A stretch of DNA of 62,301 nucleotides, filler included, from Asterionella formosa (Eukaryota), in NCBI GenBank assembly GCA_002256025.1. It is 22 parts of 22 records of this genome, joined end to end, with 100 filler letters (N's around TTAATTAATTAA, not from the genome) between each part and the next. Parts side by side here need not be neighbours in the genome. Positions count along the whole stretch, not along the records: positions 11,397 to 14,138 come from NKIB01014875.1; positions 14,239 to 16,979 come from NKIB01014876.1; positions 17,080 to 19,820 come from NKIB01014877.1; positions 19,921 to 22,659 come from NKIB01014878.1; positions 22,760 to 25,494 come from NKIB01014879.1; 17 more parts are not named here. The stretch is one strand, 5' to 3'. Made by a program: the position numbers and the translations under genes. This document shows, piece by piece, positions 11,397-24,081 of the stretch (position 1 is the stretch's first letter; each line of letters begins with the position of its first letter). The notes beneath the pieces are model-generated. The model made no database searches. It saw only the letters and a program-made list of their open reading frames with translations, and was not told the origin of the DNA.

Positions 11397-12866
11397 CGAA
11401 AGCATCATCCATCGTTGCCAATAAACCAGATAATCTTTTTCCGGTGTCGGAGATGGTTCGGTTGAATCTGATCTCGGTGTGTTATCTCGAAACGTGTCTA
11501 TCACAGATGCGCCAATTCCGCTTTCCACGCTAGTATTTTTTAACTTATCGTCGCCATCTTTTTCGAAACTTTTCTTATTGATATTATCCACGTTCGCGTT
11601 TCCACGGAACCCTTCATCAAATGCGCGAGCGCCAGATGGTCGCAATTGTCGGTTTCCCCCGGCCAGCTTACGGACAGGTATACCTTCGTCGGTTTCCTCG
11701 TCGTCACTATACACCATTGGAAGGGTTCCGTGGCTTCCTGAACCCCGACTATCCGCAGTTGTTTCGATGCTGTTTCCGCAACTCATGTCCACTTCGGCTG
11801 TGGTTGGGGAGATTCGCAGCTGGTGTGGCGGCACAACGAAGGTGGCTCCGTAACCCGTGAAGTGGGGATGACCTTGTTGAGTCAGTTGCTGGGCTGCTGC
11901 ATTCCCAGCAGTCATCCAAGCTAACATTTCATTCTCACCCAAGGGCTGAGGCTGAGGATGAGGAAGAGTCGGTAGGTCAGGATAGCCGTGGCTTAGTATG
12001 GTAGGGGGTGACGGCTGTGGATTAATGGGGCTCGAGAAAAATTGTGCAAATAGAGATGCAGGTGGGTTTCTTCCACTTGGTCGATCACTCATACGACTCG
12101 AGATCCTCGATTGTTGTGGGTCTATTTCTACTAACTCAGCATCACTCTCGTCGTCTTCAACATATAGGCCGGGCACACCTTTCGCCTGGAATTGCCCTTC
12201 GGCGCCGCTGTTCGAGCTGTTCAACGAGCTCGCCGAATGCATTCGAATAATTCCGCATTGATGGTACATCGGAACTTCATCAATATGTATTCCATTTCCA
12301 CGTGGAATAGGCGGTGGCAACAGGGGTGATCTTGGATTATTAATTCGTTCAGCGACGTGCACATCATCATCGTCATCATCCGAAAAGGACAACGATGCAT
12401 CGGATTCTCGGTAGGAAGCAGTCCGATAAAGTCCAGCTCGAGCAGGAGCTGAACTGGCAGATGCTGCATCCGAGAATGAATAATTTCGACCACTCTTGGG
12501 AGACGGCAAATCTTTGGCAAAGTAGGAAGATTCTCCGTCCGAAGTTACGGTGCTGTTGTCATCAATGTCGTTGTCGACGGCAGACGCAGGAATATTCAGG
12601 GAGAAATCTGTACCTAACATATCTCTGTCCAATGATACAATGCGACCACGGCTCTTGGAAGTGAAATTTGGTGCTTGTCTCTTGGATGCTAGGATTGGAG
12701 GAACCGACTCGGGAGGGATGGTGGGGGCTGAGTCCATCACCGATGACTTACGTTCTTTTCCCTTTGGTGCCGATGGGATTAAAAGGCAGTTGTTTTCGAT
12801 ATCAGAAGATGCATTTGGAACCTCGGGATTTAGCGTCGGGCTTGTTGGATCAGATGACATGTCCAA
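11397..12866 (-). CDS. Protein with long disordered N-terminus, probably an MFS transporter (FLVCR/SLC49-like), 3'-truncated
   Basis: About 490-codon ORF ending DYLVYWQRWMML, resembling the YxVYxxRW motif that precedes TM1 of FLVCR-type MFS. Confidence 0.6.
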
Positions 12867-13775
12867 TTGATGAACAATTCAGATCAACAATGATAAAGTC
12901 AACTTTGCTGGGTATCGATTTCTTACTGAGGTAAAATCAAGAATAGGGGTTATGAATCCTCAATCAAACCGCAATAAAAAGTTGGATGTTTGTTCAGTAA
13001 ATTCGATGAATACATAAAAGATTTCTCAATGATTTCGCAAATCGACCTTTGCAGTGAGAGTCGACAAATTCGGACGAGCGAAGCCACAAACTGGAACTGC
13101 TCACTCAAGCCTTTTTTCGTTTTCTTATTGTTCTTTGCTTTTCAGCGCGAGTTTGATCCAAAATAGATGCTCTCGTGACAGATTCAATCTAACTCACAGG
13201 CCTTCCAAAAGAGTGTCGTTCTATCCGTGAGTATAGTAAGCAGTGTCTGTCGCCCTTGTTTATTCAAACAAATACCGATACTGCATTTCACCAAATAAAA
13301 AACCAAGATTTTTCTTATGAAGGGAATAAACAACGGTACCCCGGTACTAGGTGTTTCCCAGAACCAGTACCGTGAATCATACATAACATGAATACCGGCA
13401 GTATCTACGTTATACTACATAAGCAAAAGCATCGTGGTCGAACAAAAATGAGAACAACTTGTTACCAAATGTACTACTGATGAACCTGTGAAACACACGT
13501 TTTGTTACACGGGGCCGTCAGCCATGCTGTTACCGTTGGGCTTACTTCCTTTATTATTGGAATCGAACTTCGAGCACGCAAGCCATCTGGGCAGTTTCTT
13601 ACAGCTTGGTACAGCATACGTTTATTTTCGTTCTCAACGGATGATAGGAAGCACCAGTATCGTAATCAGGTACCAGTACCAGTTACCATTACCTGGTATC
13701 AAGTTACGGTAATTTGCTGGATCTAAAACATTAGCTCTCTTTATCCTATATTTAATTGTTTATTCACGCACAATG

Positions 13776-14130
13776 ACCGGAACTTGCTAGGTACGTACCG
13801 TAAGGAAGTATATGACGGATTTTGCTATGAAGAATAAATAAGCTAGCCACTTTATGTTTCATTTACCACAACTTGCTCTACATAACGTTATTACCTGCAA
13901 GTTGCGGTCATTTTGCTTAAACTAACATTTTAATCTGGCAAATAGATAGCAAAATCTTTAGTTTCGGCAAAATTACCGCAACTTGCTGTGAGTGATCCCG
14001 CTTAACTGCACATGTACCCATAGGGTTAGGAATGCTTATTTAGACTACCGGTATATCAGAACTCTATCAGAAGAGAACTCGACTACCCTGGTACCGGCAA
14101 GTTGCGGTAGGTTTGCTTAAATAAGGATTT
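13776..14130. repeat. Cluster of ACCGCAACTTGC-like motifs in both orientations (probable DNA-transposon subterminal region)
   Basis: Copies at ~13776, 13865, 13897 (inverted), 13975 and 14097 (inverted). Confidence 0.6.
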
Positions 14131-14566
14131 AGCCATCTNNNNNNNNNNNNNNNNNNNNNNNNNNNNNNNNNNNNNNNNNNNNTTAATTAATTAANNNNNN
14201 NNNNNNNNNNNNNNNNNNNNNNNNNNNNNNNNNNNNNNTGGAAAGATAGCCCACCCAAATCACACAGCAATGTATCAGCAACTTCTAATAGTCTAGTCCA
14301 CAATTCCTCTCTTGAGCTATTCATTCGACTTTCAGCACAAACTGCTGCTGAAGAAAATAGATTGCTCAACACTGATGGGTGTGTAGACAGTGGCATCAAC
14401 AGGTATTGTGCAAAGGTAATTTCTTTGTTACAACATATTGATCAAAATATTCAATTTACCAGGTGTTTACAATTGAGTCTTTGTTTAACAATTAATAGCA
14501 TTCAAAGTGTAGTTCAGATTGCATTGACTAGATATGATATGATTTACTAAAAATAAGTATATCTAT

Positions 14567-16141
14567 TCATTTGGGACAGGTACGTGAATTGTGCCCATTC
14601 ACCCCACAATTACCACATTGATTTCCACTGACATATTCAAATCTTGACTTATCTCGTTGATTAGCACGGTTCTTAGAGCCTGGAGGACGTCCACGCTTCC
14701 TAACTACACTGACCACTGGATTTGAAAGCATATGTAGCGGTCGAGAAGTGGCTTCCTCAAGTCTTTGCAATAAAACGGGAACTTGATCAGCATCTACCGA
14801 ACATAGGGTCTCTTGGATTGAGTTCAGCCGTTTCTGTCGTGGAGAGGAGACATTGGCTGCTGGGGATGAAGTCTCATGCTGAAGCATCCAATGCTCGTGA
14901 AAATCGGTGCTTTGGAATGTTCCAGAGCTCTTCATTTTGTCGTAGATAGTATGTCTACATGGGATACCATATTTTGTGCTGAAGTCACATTCGCAAATTG
15001 AGTTTTCAACATTCTTGGCAGCTTTGAATTCCACCATGAACAAATCTAGGGCATGTTGCGACATTTTTCGATTCAATGCAGCAATCATTGGGTTAGAATG
15101 CCGGTGGGTTATCTGCATTGTCTCTTTCCCTATCAAAGCATTAATCTCTGTGACTTGGTAGTCAAGCATTGCGTCAATCTTTTGAATAGACATAAGCAAG
15201 TCATTATTGATGTGTTTGAGATACTTCTTCAAAACAGAATGGTTGCCTTCAATTCTAGAAGTGGTAATTGACCCAAGATGGAGGTGTTTGTCTGCCCAAC
15301 ATGACACAAATTTTTCCTTTAAAGGAATCCAAATTCTGGCAATATAATCTAATGAATGTTTTGCAATAGAGTTGTACTTATCTGAGGAATTCTTTCCTTG
15401 CAGCTGCCTTCTCATTCGAAATTTCTCTTGCTGTTGTTAGTTGGTTGCCTGTTGTAAACTTCAAGTGAGTCTGGATTTGTGAGCTGGTCACCCCAGCTTT
15501 GGCCATATCTCGGACAATCGCTTTCTCCACCTCTGTCAATCTTCTTGCTGCCGAGTACCCAGCAACATGCTCAGTGATTTCATGGTTGTGATCTGGAACA
15601 GTTTCGCCTTTAAAAGTCCACAACTTCGTCTTCTTGCTGTAAGTGGCTTTGGCCTTGAAAGGGCAATCTGTCAATTTCGAGCTGGTTTTTCTTTGCTGAG
15701 TTGCATCAGTCAGATCAAGGCGGTTATCATAGACTCCTCCATGATAGCATCCGAAGATAATTCATCTACTGTCACTGCCTTTGTACAACTTCAAAAACAC
15801 GTTCATATCCTTAAAATACTTGGTAACAGCTTCAATGCATTTTTCCTGAGAATCAAATGTGACTTGATCCATTAGATTGACGTCGGATAAATTTTCATCT
15901 CCCTCCCCTGTATTGTCCCCAATAGGTTCTGACAGCTTTGGTTGAGGAGGCATCAGAGTCAATTCGAACACAATGATGTGCATGCGTTAGCATGGCAGTG
16001 TCGTGGAGGAGTCAACTAAGATTCGTGTGGCAAAAAAGTATTGGTGGTTTATACGAAGACTATGTATGCTAGTAGGGTTTAAGGGTTTATCAAAAAGAGG
16101 GGGACGAAATATCGATATAGGGGGGCGAAATATCTTTTTCC
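14567..16141 (-). mobile_element. Mutator-like element (MULE), internally deleted transposase
   Basis: FAR1/WRKY-like DCPFKAKA..W..HNH, then a jump to W..HLG.TTSRIEGNH, SWIM CECDFSTKYGIPCRH, AT-hook RKRGRP and CCHC knuckle. In-frame TGA at 15762-15764. Terminus-like GGAAAAAGATATTTCGCCCCCC at ~16099-16141. Confidence 0.88.
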
Positions 16142-16345
16142 TATATGTATGTGTATTTATTTAGTAAGATAGCTATTAATATAGCTATATAATCGCGAAA
16201 GTCAATAAAAATCAACGGCATTATATTCTACCGGTACTAGGTACCAGGTAGTATACCTGGCATTATACCATCATACTTATTGTTCCAACGCACACAATAA
16301 GAAATCTTACATGCAAACCACCTCCCCATCATATCGACCACCCTC

Positions 16346-16979
16346 ATGACCTTTCTTGATGACGATAGCTTGGTCCAACAATGGCTTGGTCGCATCGCTG
16401 TCACTATTGTGTTGGCATTGGCTTGGCATTGGTATCATACCCCCTTACAAACGCCATTCATGGACCATGGCAAACGTTTGATGGAAGCACCGGAACGACA
16501 TAGTAGGAATAGGTCCAAGCTCTTGGATTCGTTGGAACGAAACAAAGAGCCCGTTGAAGAAGAACAAGAGGAAGAGCAATGCTCTCCCTCACAAGAAGAA
16601 AAAGAGGAAAGGAAAAGAATTAATGAGGGTTCGGGGGAAGAAGCATCATCTGTTCCTGAAATCGTTTTACCCCCAGCGGCGAACTCCTGTTTCGTCAAGG
16701 AACTCTCGCAGGCAGCAGGAGCAGCCTCACTCCCATCGCCGACCAAAGCAACAACATCGAACATCATTAGTAGGCCTCGTATCCAACCTCAGCCAGTTTC
16801 CACTGCCACATCAATTCATCGTACACAACCTATCAAAGCCATACACTCGGAACATCCTGGACTGCATGGGTTCACGAGTTGGTACGAAGTGGAAGCTAGT
16901 CTCTATCGCGTGTACACCATTGGCAAGGCGAATGGTCAAGAAGTAGCCCCTTCTTTCATTCCACGTTCGGAACGTGGTC
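16346..16979 (+). CDS. Hypothetical protein with N-terminal membrane anchor, 3'-truncated
   Basis: ATG-started ORF with hydrophobic IAVTIVLALAWHWY, open to the contig edge. Confidence 0.65.
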
Positions 16980-17079
16980 NNNNNNNNNNNNNNNNNNNNN
17001 NNNNNNNNNNNNNNNNNNNNNNNTTAATTAATTAANNNNNNNNNNNNNNNNNNNNNNNNNNNNNNNNNNNNNNNNNNNN

Positions 17080-17755
17080 CATTGGTCAAAAGTGCAACCC
17101 CATTATCAAACGAGTTATTAGACAAAAACAAATACAATGGTGTAGAGGGAATTACAAATGTGGGAGCCAACGTTTGATTGTCCGGAACATATGATGTTGG
17201 AACTAAAGTTGGATTATTCGGTTTGTTGTTCTGAGTAAGCACAACTGCAAGTACAACAGCTACAATGGCAACAAGACTTGTGAAAGCGCAAGATACCATG
17301 ATGTTGATCATGCCACGGTGACGTTGCGCCTTCGCTTCAGCCTCAGTGTCGATGGCCGTCACAGTGGCAGTCATAATAGTGGCAGGCATAAAGGTTTCAA
17401 TTTCATCAACAAGAGTGGCATTCACTGTCTCCTGTTGGCCTCCCTCTGTGCCAGGAATGGCAAGTGGTTGTTGACTGATTCCATGGGACTCCTCTACATT
17501 CCATTCATTGTTTGTAGCTTCAGCACTAGGACTTGCACGATCTCTCGCTCCCACCGCAACTGCTCCAGGAAGTGTTTGTGGAGGTGCTGGTCCTTCGTCA
17601 TGCTCCACCGCCACCTTGGAAGAATCCTGGTACGAAAATTTAGTCCCTCGCCCAGCCTTGTGGTCAACATGTTCCTTCTCATCAAACACTTGTCCATGAG
17701 AAGAGTCAGAGTCCCGTGCTCGTTCTTCCTCCTTTGCTTCGTCAGCAAAAGGCAA
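17080..17755 (-). CDS. Single-pass membrane protein of the diatom PGAVAV-motif type (often LRR receptor-like), partial
   Basis: LPGAVAVG motif, TM LVAIVAVVLAVVL, PT-rich stalk; truncated before any LRR. The start codon is uncertain. Confidence 0.6.
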
Positions 17756-18195
17756 GGTGGCATCAATACTCTTCTTTTTTGCAGTTAGAGAAGGTTTTAC
17801 TGCACTTACGTGATCACAAGACCACTATGAACTGCTTAGACCACTATAAAGGGGTAATCTTACATTTTGTACTACAAACTTTTTCAATTTTAGCAATACG
17901 ACAATATTTACTATGAACAAGTCATTTGTTTCACGCATCTACATATAGGATGTCTTAACGCCCGATCGATGTTGTGTTCCAGTTAGTGAGATACCGGTAA
18001 ACGACTTCGAAAATGTTGAGTGAGGCACATCGGAATAAAATAAAATTACCTCGTTTAGCTGGGCCGACATTTTATATTCATATCCGATATTTCATAATGT
18101 TTTATACTCCAAATTAATATAGCTTCCTTTAACGCTTTTCTTCAGGTGGGTTATAATTACGGCGCGACTGGGTGCGACATCCCAATGTAAACATG

Positions 18196-18742
18196 TGTCA
18201 GAGTGTGTCTGTTAGGCTGTTGATGTCGACAGGTGTCCGAAGACTAGGTAGTCTGAGGAATGTCTAAACGGGAATAGACAGGATTTATATAGCAGAAGAA
18301 TCTGCAGACGAGAGGCGTGAGAATGATCTTGACCGGTCATTCAAGGGCAGTACTGGAGCGCGCTAGTAGAGTAAGCGCCATATATTTCAACATGGTAGCG
18401 CTCGTTAGTACAAGTGGTACGAGGATATACGTGAAAACCAGAGGTCGACAGTTCGAGTCCTCAGCAAGAACAGAAAGAGAAAAAAAGAGAAAAGAAAAAG
18501 AAAAACAGAGACGAAGAAAACGAGAGGGCACTATGAGAATTCCTGTAGGAAAGGATGTGTCAAGCATACACATTATTAGGATGATGTGGTATGTCGAGCA
18601 TCAACAGGGGAGGGTGTCTGAGTGTGTCTGTTAGGCTGTTGATGTCGACAGGTGTCCGAAGACTAGGTAGTCTGAGGAATGTCTAAACAGGAATAGACAG
18701 GATTTATATAGCAGAAGAATCTGCAGACGAGAGGCGTGAGAA
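18196..18742 (+). mobile_element. TRIM-like mini LTR retroelement: 5' LTR 18196-18392, PBS 18393-18405, ~220-bp internal region, PPT, partial 3' LTR 18615-18742
   Basis: 128-bp direct repeat with 2 mismatches at offset 419; LTR1 runs TGTC...CAACA followed by TGGTAGCG; AGGGGAGGG precedes LTR2. Confidence 0.75.
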
Positions 18743-19820
18743 AGGAAAGATACTTTACTTCGTGAAGAAAATATCGCCAGTATGCGCCAACGCATGTCGT
18801 GAATTGTCACAGCACCTCGACAACCCAGGCGAAACGCACTGGCAAGCATTGGAACGCCTACTCGGGTATTTGTGTCTACATGGGGACATCACATGCAGAA
18901 TGAAACTATGTGCTCCCAACGAGCTACATATTCAAGATGTCGTGGATAGCGCCTTTGCCTCTAATCCTGATACACGAAAGAGTGTCAGCAGTTATTTAGG
19001 CACAATCGGAGGGTGCGCCCTAATTCACTGGATATCAAAAGGACAGGATATCGTAACACAATCAAGCACCGAGTGTGAATATTTCGCACTCAGTAAGGGC
19101 TCAAAGGAAACTGTCTTTGCAACGAATCTACTGGGCGAAATAACCACTATCGTGATGCCTAGTCTAATGGGTGAAGACAATACCGGTGCGATTTATTTAA
19201 CGAAAAATCATCAGGTCGGGGCACGTACAAAACACATCGATGTAAGATACCACTATGTACGAGAACAAGTCGAAAACGGAACGATTAAGGTTGACTACGT
19301 CAGTACGGAAAAGAATCCAGCAGATGTTCTAACTAAAAATGTCACGGACAAGATTATGAACATGCACGGATACGCGATCCAAAACGGGATGATGGATTGT
19401 TGGAACAAGGAGAGTGTTAAAGTGAGCTCATCTACGTAGTTAGGACTCGGAGTCAAACGAGTCAACCGATTCGAATGAGTCAACTTTGATGTACCAAGCT
19501 CTCATCAACCACACATTATACCTTGTTACTCCGACTATAATGAGCCGGACAATATAAGCTATTTCGGAAGACCGATAGTTTGAAATGAATGATCATGGTT
19601 AAAAACCTATGATCAGTAAGTGTGAGATAGACATGGGTCTATCTATGATTGTATGTTCCTAGAAATGCAAACAGCATTTGGAGAATAGTTCATTTGTTTT
19701 GTTCAAACAGAACAACCTAAACTAGATTAGTAAACTCACAATAAGAATATAGAAACGGAAAGAGAAACGAACGTCTCTATCTATAGTCTTCTTTGTCTAA
19801 CGATATAGATCTATACAAAA
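18743..19820 (+). mobile_element. Ty1/copia 3' end (RT C-terminus, RNase H to 19439; PPT; 3' LTR from 19415 TGTTAAAG)
   Basis: Motifs VDSAFASNPDTRKSVS, SSTECEY, EDNTGAI, RTKHIDVRYH, NPADVLTK; purine tract AACAAGGAGAG before TGTT. Confidence 0.9.
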
Positions 19821-19920
19821 NNNNNNNNNNNNNNNNNNNNNNNNNNNNNNNNNNNNNNNNNNNNTTAATTAATTAANNNNNNNNNNNNNNNNNNNNNNNN
19901 NNNNNNNNNNNNNNNNNNNN

Positions 19921-20147
19921 TGGAGGCAACAAAGAATCGTATGGCATCACAAAAGGCAGATCCCCTGACGGGCAAGTTGCCGTACACCAGTATGTTGCAA
20001 ACGGTCAAGACTGTATCAGCAAAGGAAGGATTCTTTGCTTTATATAATGGTTTCACCCCTTATTACATTCGATGCGGGGGACACACAGTCGCCATGTTTA
20101 TCTTTGTTCAGATACTGAGGGACGCATACACAGATAATTTCATGTGA
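19921..20147 (+). CDS. Mitochondrial carrier (2-oxoglutarate/malate carrier-like), 3' end
   Basis: EATKNRM...EGFFALYNGFTPYYIRCGGHTVAMFIF, the third carrier repeat. Confidence 0.88.
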
Positions 20148-22414
20148 TCAACTTTGGAAATGCTTCTCACTTGGCACAATAATTCTCTTTAACTTGAATT
20201 ATTATTGGCACACTTAGGTTATCTGCATTTATGGAACTTGTACGGAATACTCCTTTGATTGTGTAGATTTCTTCTCGACTGTTTTTCAATTTTGGATACA
20301 GGAATTGATGTGACAAGCTTCTAGGATGGCCTTGAGAACAGCAAAAACACCTTGGAATCCAGTGGTGGCTGTCAAAATCACGGCATCGTCATTTGAATAA
20401 AGGCCTTTCTCATCCAATTTTATTGCAGATTTTAGTGACAGCTGACAAGGACTGGCAATGCAGAGACCAGTTGATATTCCTGAAGCAATGCGTCAATAGC
20501 GATGACTTGAAATCTGAACAAGCAACACCTAAACTCAGAATAGTCATAGTTCCTCTGCAAGTTGCAGTAATTTTTCTACAACTGCAACGATTGTGCCCTT
20601 CAGGAAATATATTTTCCTTCAAGCATGAGTATCATTTAATGATTGATATCGTTATAGGGGTTTAGTGGCAGACCACCAGAGAAAGCATAATTTCAGCATG
20701 ATAATTTAGTTATCTGAAAATCGAATTCTTCCAATATTGACAGATGGCCAGCATGGGTGGAGCTTGTCAGCCACTTTGCTGTATGGGTGCCAATATAGAC
20801 ATCTATGCTGGGCTATGTTTCTGCTCTTTCTACAACTACAAAAAAACCATGCAAGCTACCGTAAATCCCGTGCTTCGTTCTCCCCAAATGTACACAGCCA
20901 CGACTAGATTTACTTAGATGGGGAAACTGGCTGATGGCGATTTTGGCATTGCCAACTTCTGTTGATCAAAACGTCATATCAAATGCTAATAAAAAGTGAA
21001 ATTGTTCTTGGTTGAATCGGTTTCTATGATGAATTGATTTTCCAAATTTTGGCGCACTCGTGCGCCAGAATTAGCACAAGTAATATACTTTTTCTAGAGT
21101 GTTATCTTGTGTAGGTTATACAGAGTTCTGTCTTGCAGTAATTTTCGCAAGCCAATCAAATCATGCTATGATTTTTGTGCATCATGCATGAAGAGCAAAA
21201 ATTCCTTCAACTCATACGTGCCGGTAGGGGTGCATTGTCAAGAAACCAAAAGGCATGCAACACATCCTTTTGCGGCGTCGATACAAACAACCAATTCTTA
21301 GTTTAAAATGCTTGTTATATATTTTTTCCTACAGTCTATCATGTTGTGGTTATAGTCGTCGTTGTAGTGATTTCGCAGCTACTGTGACAGTGTCAAATCT
21401 GTTAAGAGCATCGTCGTTTTGAATTGTGCATCCATAAACTTTTTTAAAAAATGTGCCATTTGCGTCTCTAATTTTCGCCGTTAATATTTGCGTTATTACA
21501 ATAATTCTTTTACGATTGTATTTTCTATGTTGGGTATGATACACGAACCGAATTGGAACGCGTCGTTCTCAATTTTCATGTAGATATTCGCTATTTTTGT
21601 CATGGTCAAGGCGTTGAGGACATATTTCAAGATGCTCCAGCTCAACATAACGACTTCATTTCAGTGTTTTGTATGTACAAAGAATCGCATTACTTAAGCT
21701 AAAAATTAATATACTACATAGCACTTACGAGTGATTCTTCGATTACTGGGACCCTGGTACCAGGTACGCTGACCGTTATTGCAGTCATACCGGCGAATAC
21801 AAAAAGTATCTTATAATAGAAAAATAACATGTTTTCTTTTCTGCACATGTAAAATATTTGGGTGTGTAGCACCAGATGTACACCGAGTAGACAGGAGCGT
21901 GGTGGAAGACCGGAGCACAGGATTTATTGTATGTATAAACATAACATGTGATGGTCCGGTAAAAGACGTTTTCTACTATAGGGAAACTTCTTTCCCAACT
22001 TCCCTTGACCTGGTACCCACAAAATGTGTTAACAATGCATTTACGCCCATAGACATACCGGTAGACATGAAGAACTAAAATGGAAGTTCGATGTGAAATA
22101 TATCGTTAAGAAAGCGTTATCAGTGCTCTCGGCAAAGATGTTCCTACACAGCCAAGCCAAAATTCTCTTCTGTGTAAAAAGAAGATCCTTGTTGCAATTT
22201 TGTTCGTCGTCGTCGTTTTTCTCTTGCGTTTGGAATTCTAAATCTTGACAACGGAAAGCAGTGAAAGCACATACCGCTTCCGCCGCTCATATTTCTCGAC
22301 CCAGCTGATTGCACTTTCTCACGCTACATTCAATTTTGTACATCGTTTATTTCTATCTGCTGCAATTGTTATTTGTGATCTGATTCTATTCTAGGAACAA
22401 ATTCTAGATTCGTC

Positions 22415-22659
22415 ATGGCAACTTCTACATTGGCTATTCCCACCTACGCACCCGCCGCTGTGCCTCAAGTGCTCCCAAAGTCCATCGTTTTCGCAACCTC
22501 CGGCCTCGGCGGATGCCTGGGATGGTGTCTCGTTCATCCTGCCAACACAATTGCTGTGCGCATGAGCTTAGCCTCCATGCAGGGTCAGAAGTTCTCCTTG
22601 GCCAAGATGGGTCAAGAAATGGGGTGGATGAGCGTCTACGACGGTCTCAGCGCGGGACT
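22415..22659 (+). CDS. Mitochondrial carrier (2-oxoglutarate/malate carrier-like), 5' end
   Basis: FATSGLGGCLGWCLVHPANTIAVRM...GWMSVYDGLSAG, the first carrier repeat. Confidence 0.88.
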
Positions 22660-22784
22660 NNNNNNNNNNNNNNNNNNNNNNNNNNNNNNNNNNNNNNNNN
22701 NNNTTAATTAATTAANNNNNNNNNNNNNNNNNNNNNNNNNNNNNNNNNNNNNNNNNNNNGGGGGGGGCAGCGCTTTGACTTTCA

Positions 22785-22913
22785 CAGCCTCTCTATAGAG
22801 CTGCGACAGAAAATAATAGGGATAAACATAGTACCACCATAACCGTACATGGCAGCCTCTACAGAGCTGTGACAGAAAATAATAGGGAAAAACATAGTAC
22901 CACCATAACCGTA
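22785..22913. repeat. ~67-bp tandem duplication
   Basis: CAGCCTCT..AGAGCTG.GACAGAAAATAATAGGG..AACATAGTACCACCATAACCGTA occurs twice. Confidence 0.85.
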
Positions 22914-24081
22914 GGTGCTACTTAAAGGTGTCATAAAAAGGCACAATGGCTGATAGTCAAATATTAGTAGGAGTAACAATATGCTATTCTAACAATTCAC
23001 GCTTGTAGACACAGAATTTGGACCGAACGAAACATTTAGCAAGACTGCGCCGGTGTTTTTCTGGTAGAAAATACGTTGTTGTGGTACAACGAGAGAATCC
23101 AGGCCGCGCCAGGATCCAGGCCGCGCCAGGAGTTTTGCCACACAGCAGGAGGGTCCACAAACACAAAAATTAGCATGGTGAAAAAGTAAGCAATCAATGC
23201 AGCCAACAGCCAATCACCCCCTACTGGCTCTTCAGCAGCTAGATTAACATGTTTTTGTTGTGTATCTAAATGCAAGTATGGCTTGTCAGCTCACGCATTG
23301 TTGTTGACAACAGGCAGCGCCGGGACAATGAGGTCCGGAATGAAAGTTTTAGTTGTTCTGGTAAGATTACTGCGCTATTTTGACGGCTATATGAGCAACG
23401 CTGCTGATAACTCACATTGATCTTCCTCTACATTCAATTGACATTGCAGCAAACCCTTTCAATTCAGGAGCATTCGGATGAAATCCAGGATTGAGTATTG
23501 ATGCTTTCTGATTCTGTGTTAATGTCATATGATAACAGGGTTCCGTAAATCATGAGTTGTTAGTGTGCCTTGGCGTGCTGTTTGTCATGCTGCCAGCTGA
23601 TGCTGTATTTCTACTGAATTATTGAATGATTATGCAAATCTTTTGGCAAGTGCAAAATTTTTTTCCCTCACCAGTTTCTCATGTACTTGTTGGTCCGTGC
23701 GATTAGAAAATTTATGATATGGTACCATGTCGTCCATCTGCATCCGGGAGTTATTAATGTCATCATCGACAGGAGCCATTTTTTTGTATCAACAACTGAA
23801 GTAGAAACGTCATCATTGCTGTCAGTATCAATTATGGGATCCTTTGTACTAGTAGCTGATGGTGTCCCCATCGACGATGGGGTATTACCCCCAACATCTC
23901 CCAATCGACGATTGGGTTGCTTTGGATAATCGCCTATTCGCTTTTTCTTTGTAAACTCATTTTGGAACTTGCTTCTTTGTTCAATACCGGCAGTATTTGC
24001 CACATGTCGCTTGTTTGTTCCATGAACCTCTTTATGGTTTCTTGAAGACATTGTACTACTTGATAAGAACTGTTGTCGGTA

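Noticed and set aside
21350..21660. Possible DUF6824-like remnant (AKIRDANGTFFKK)
   Set aside because: Only a short motif in broken frames; insufficient support.
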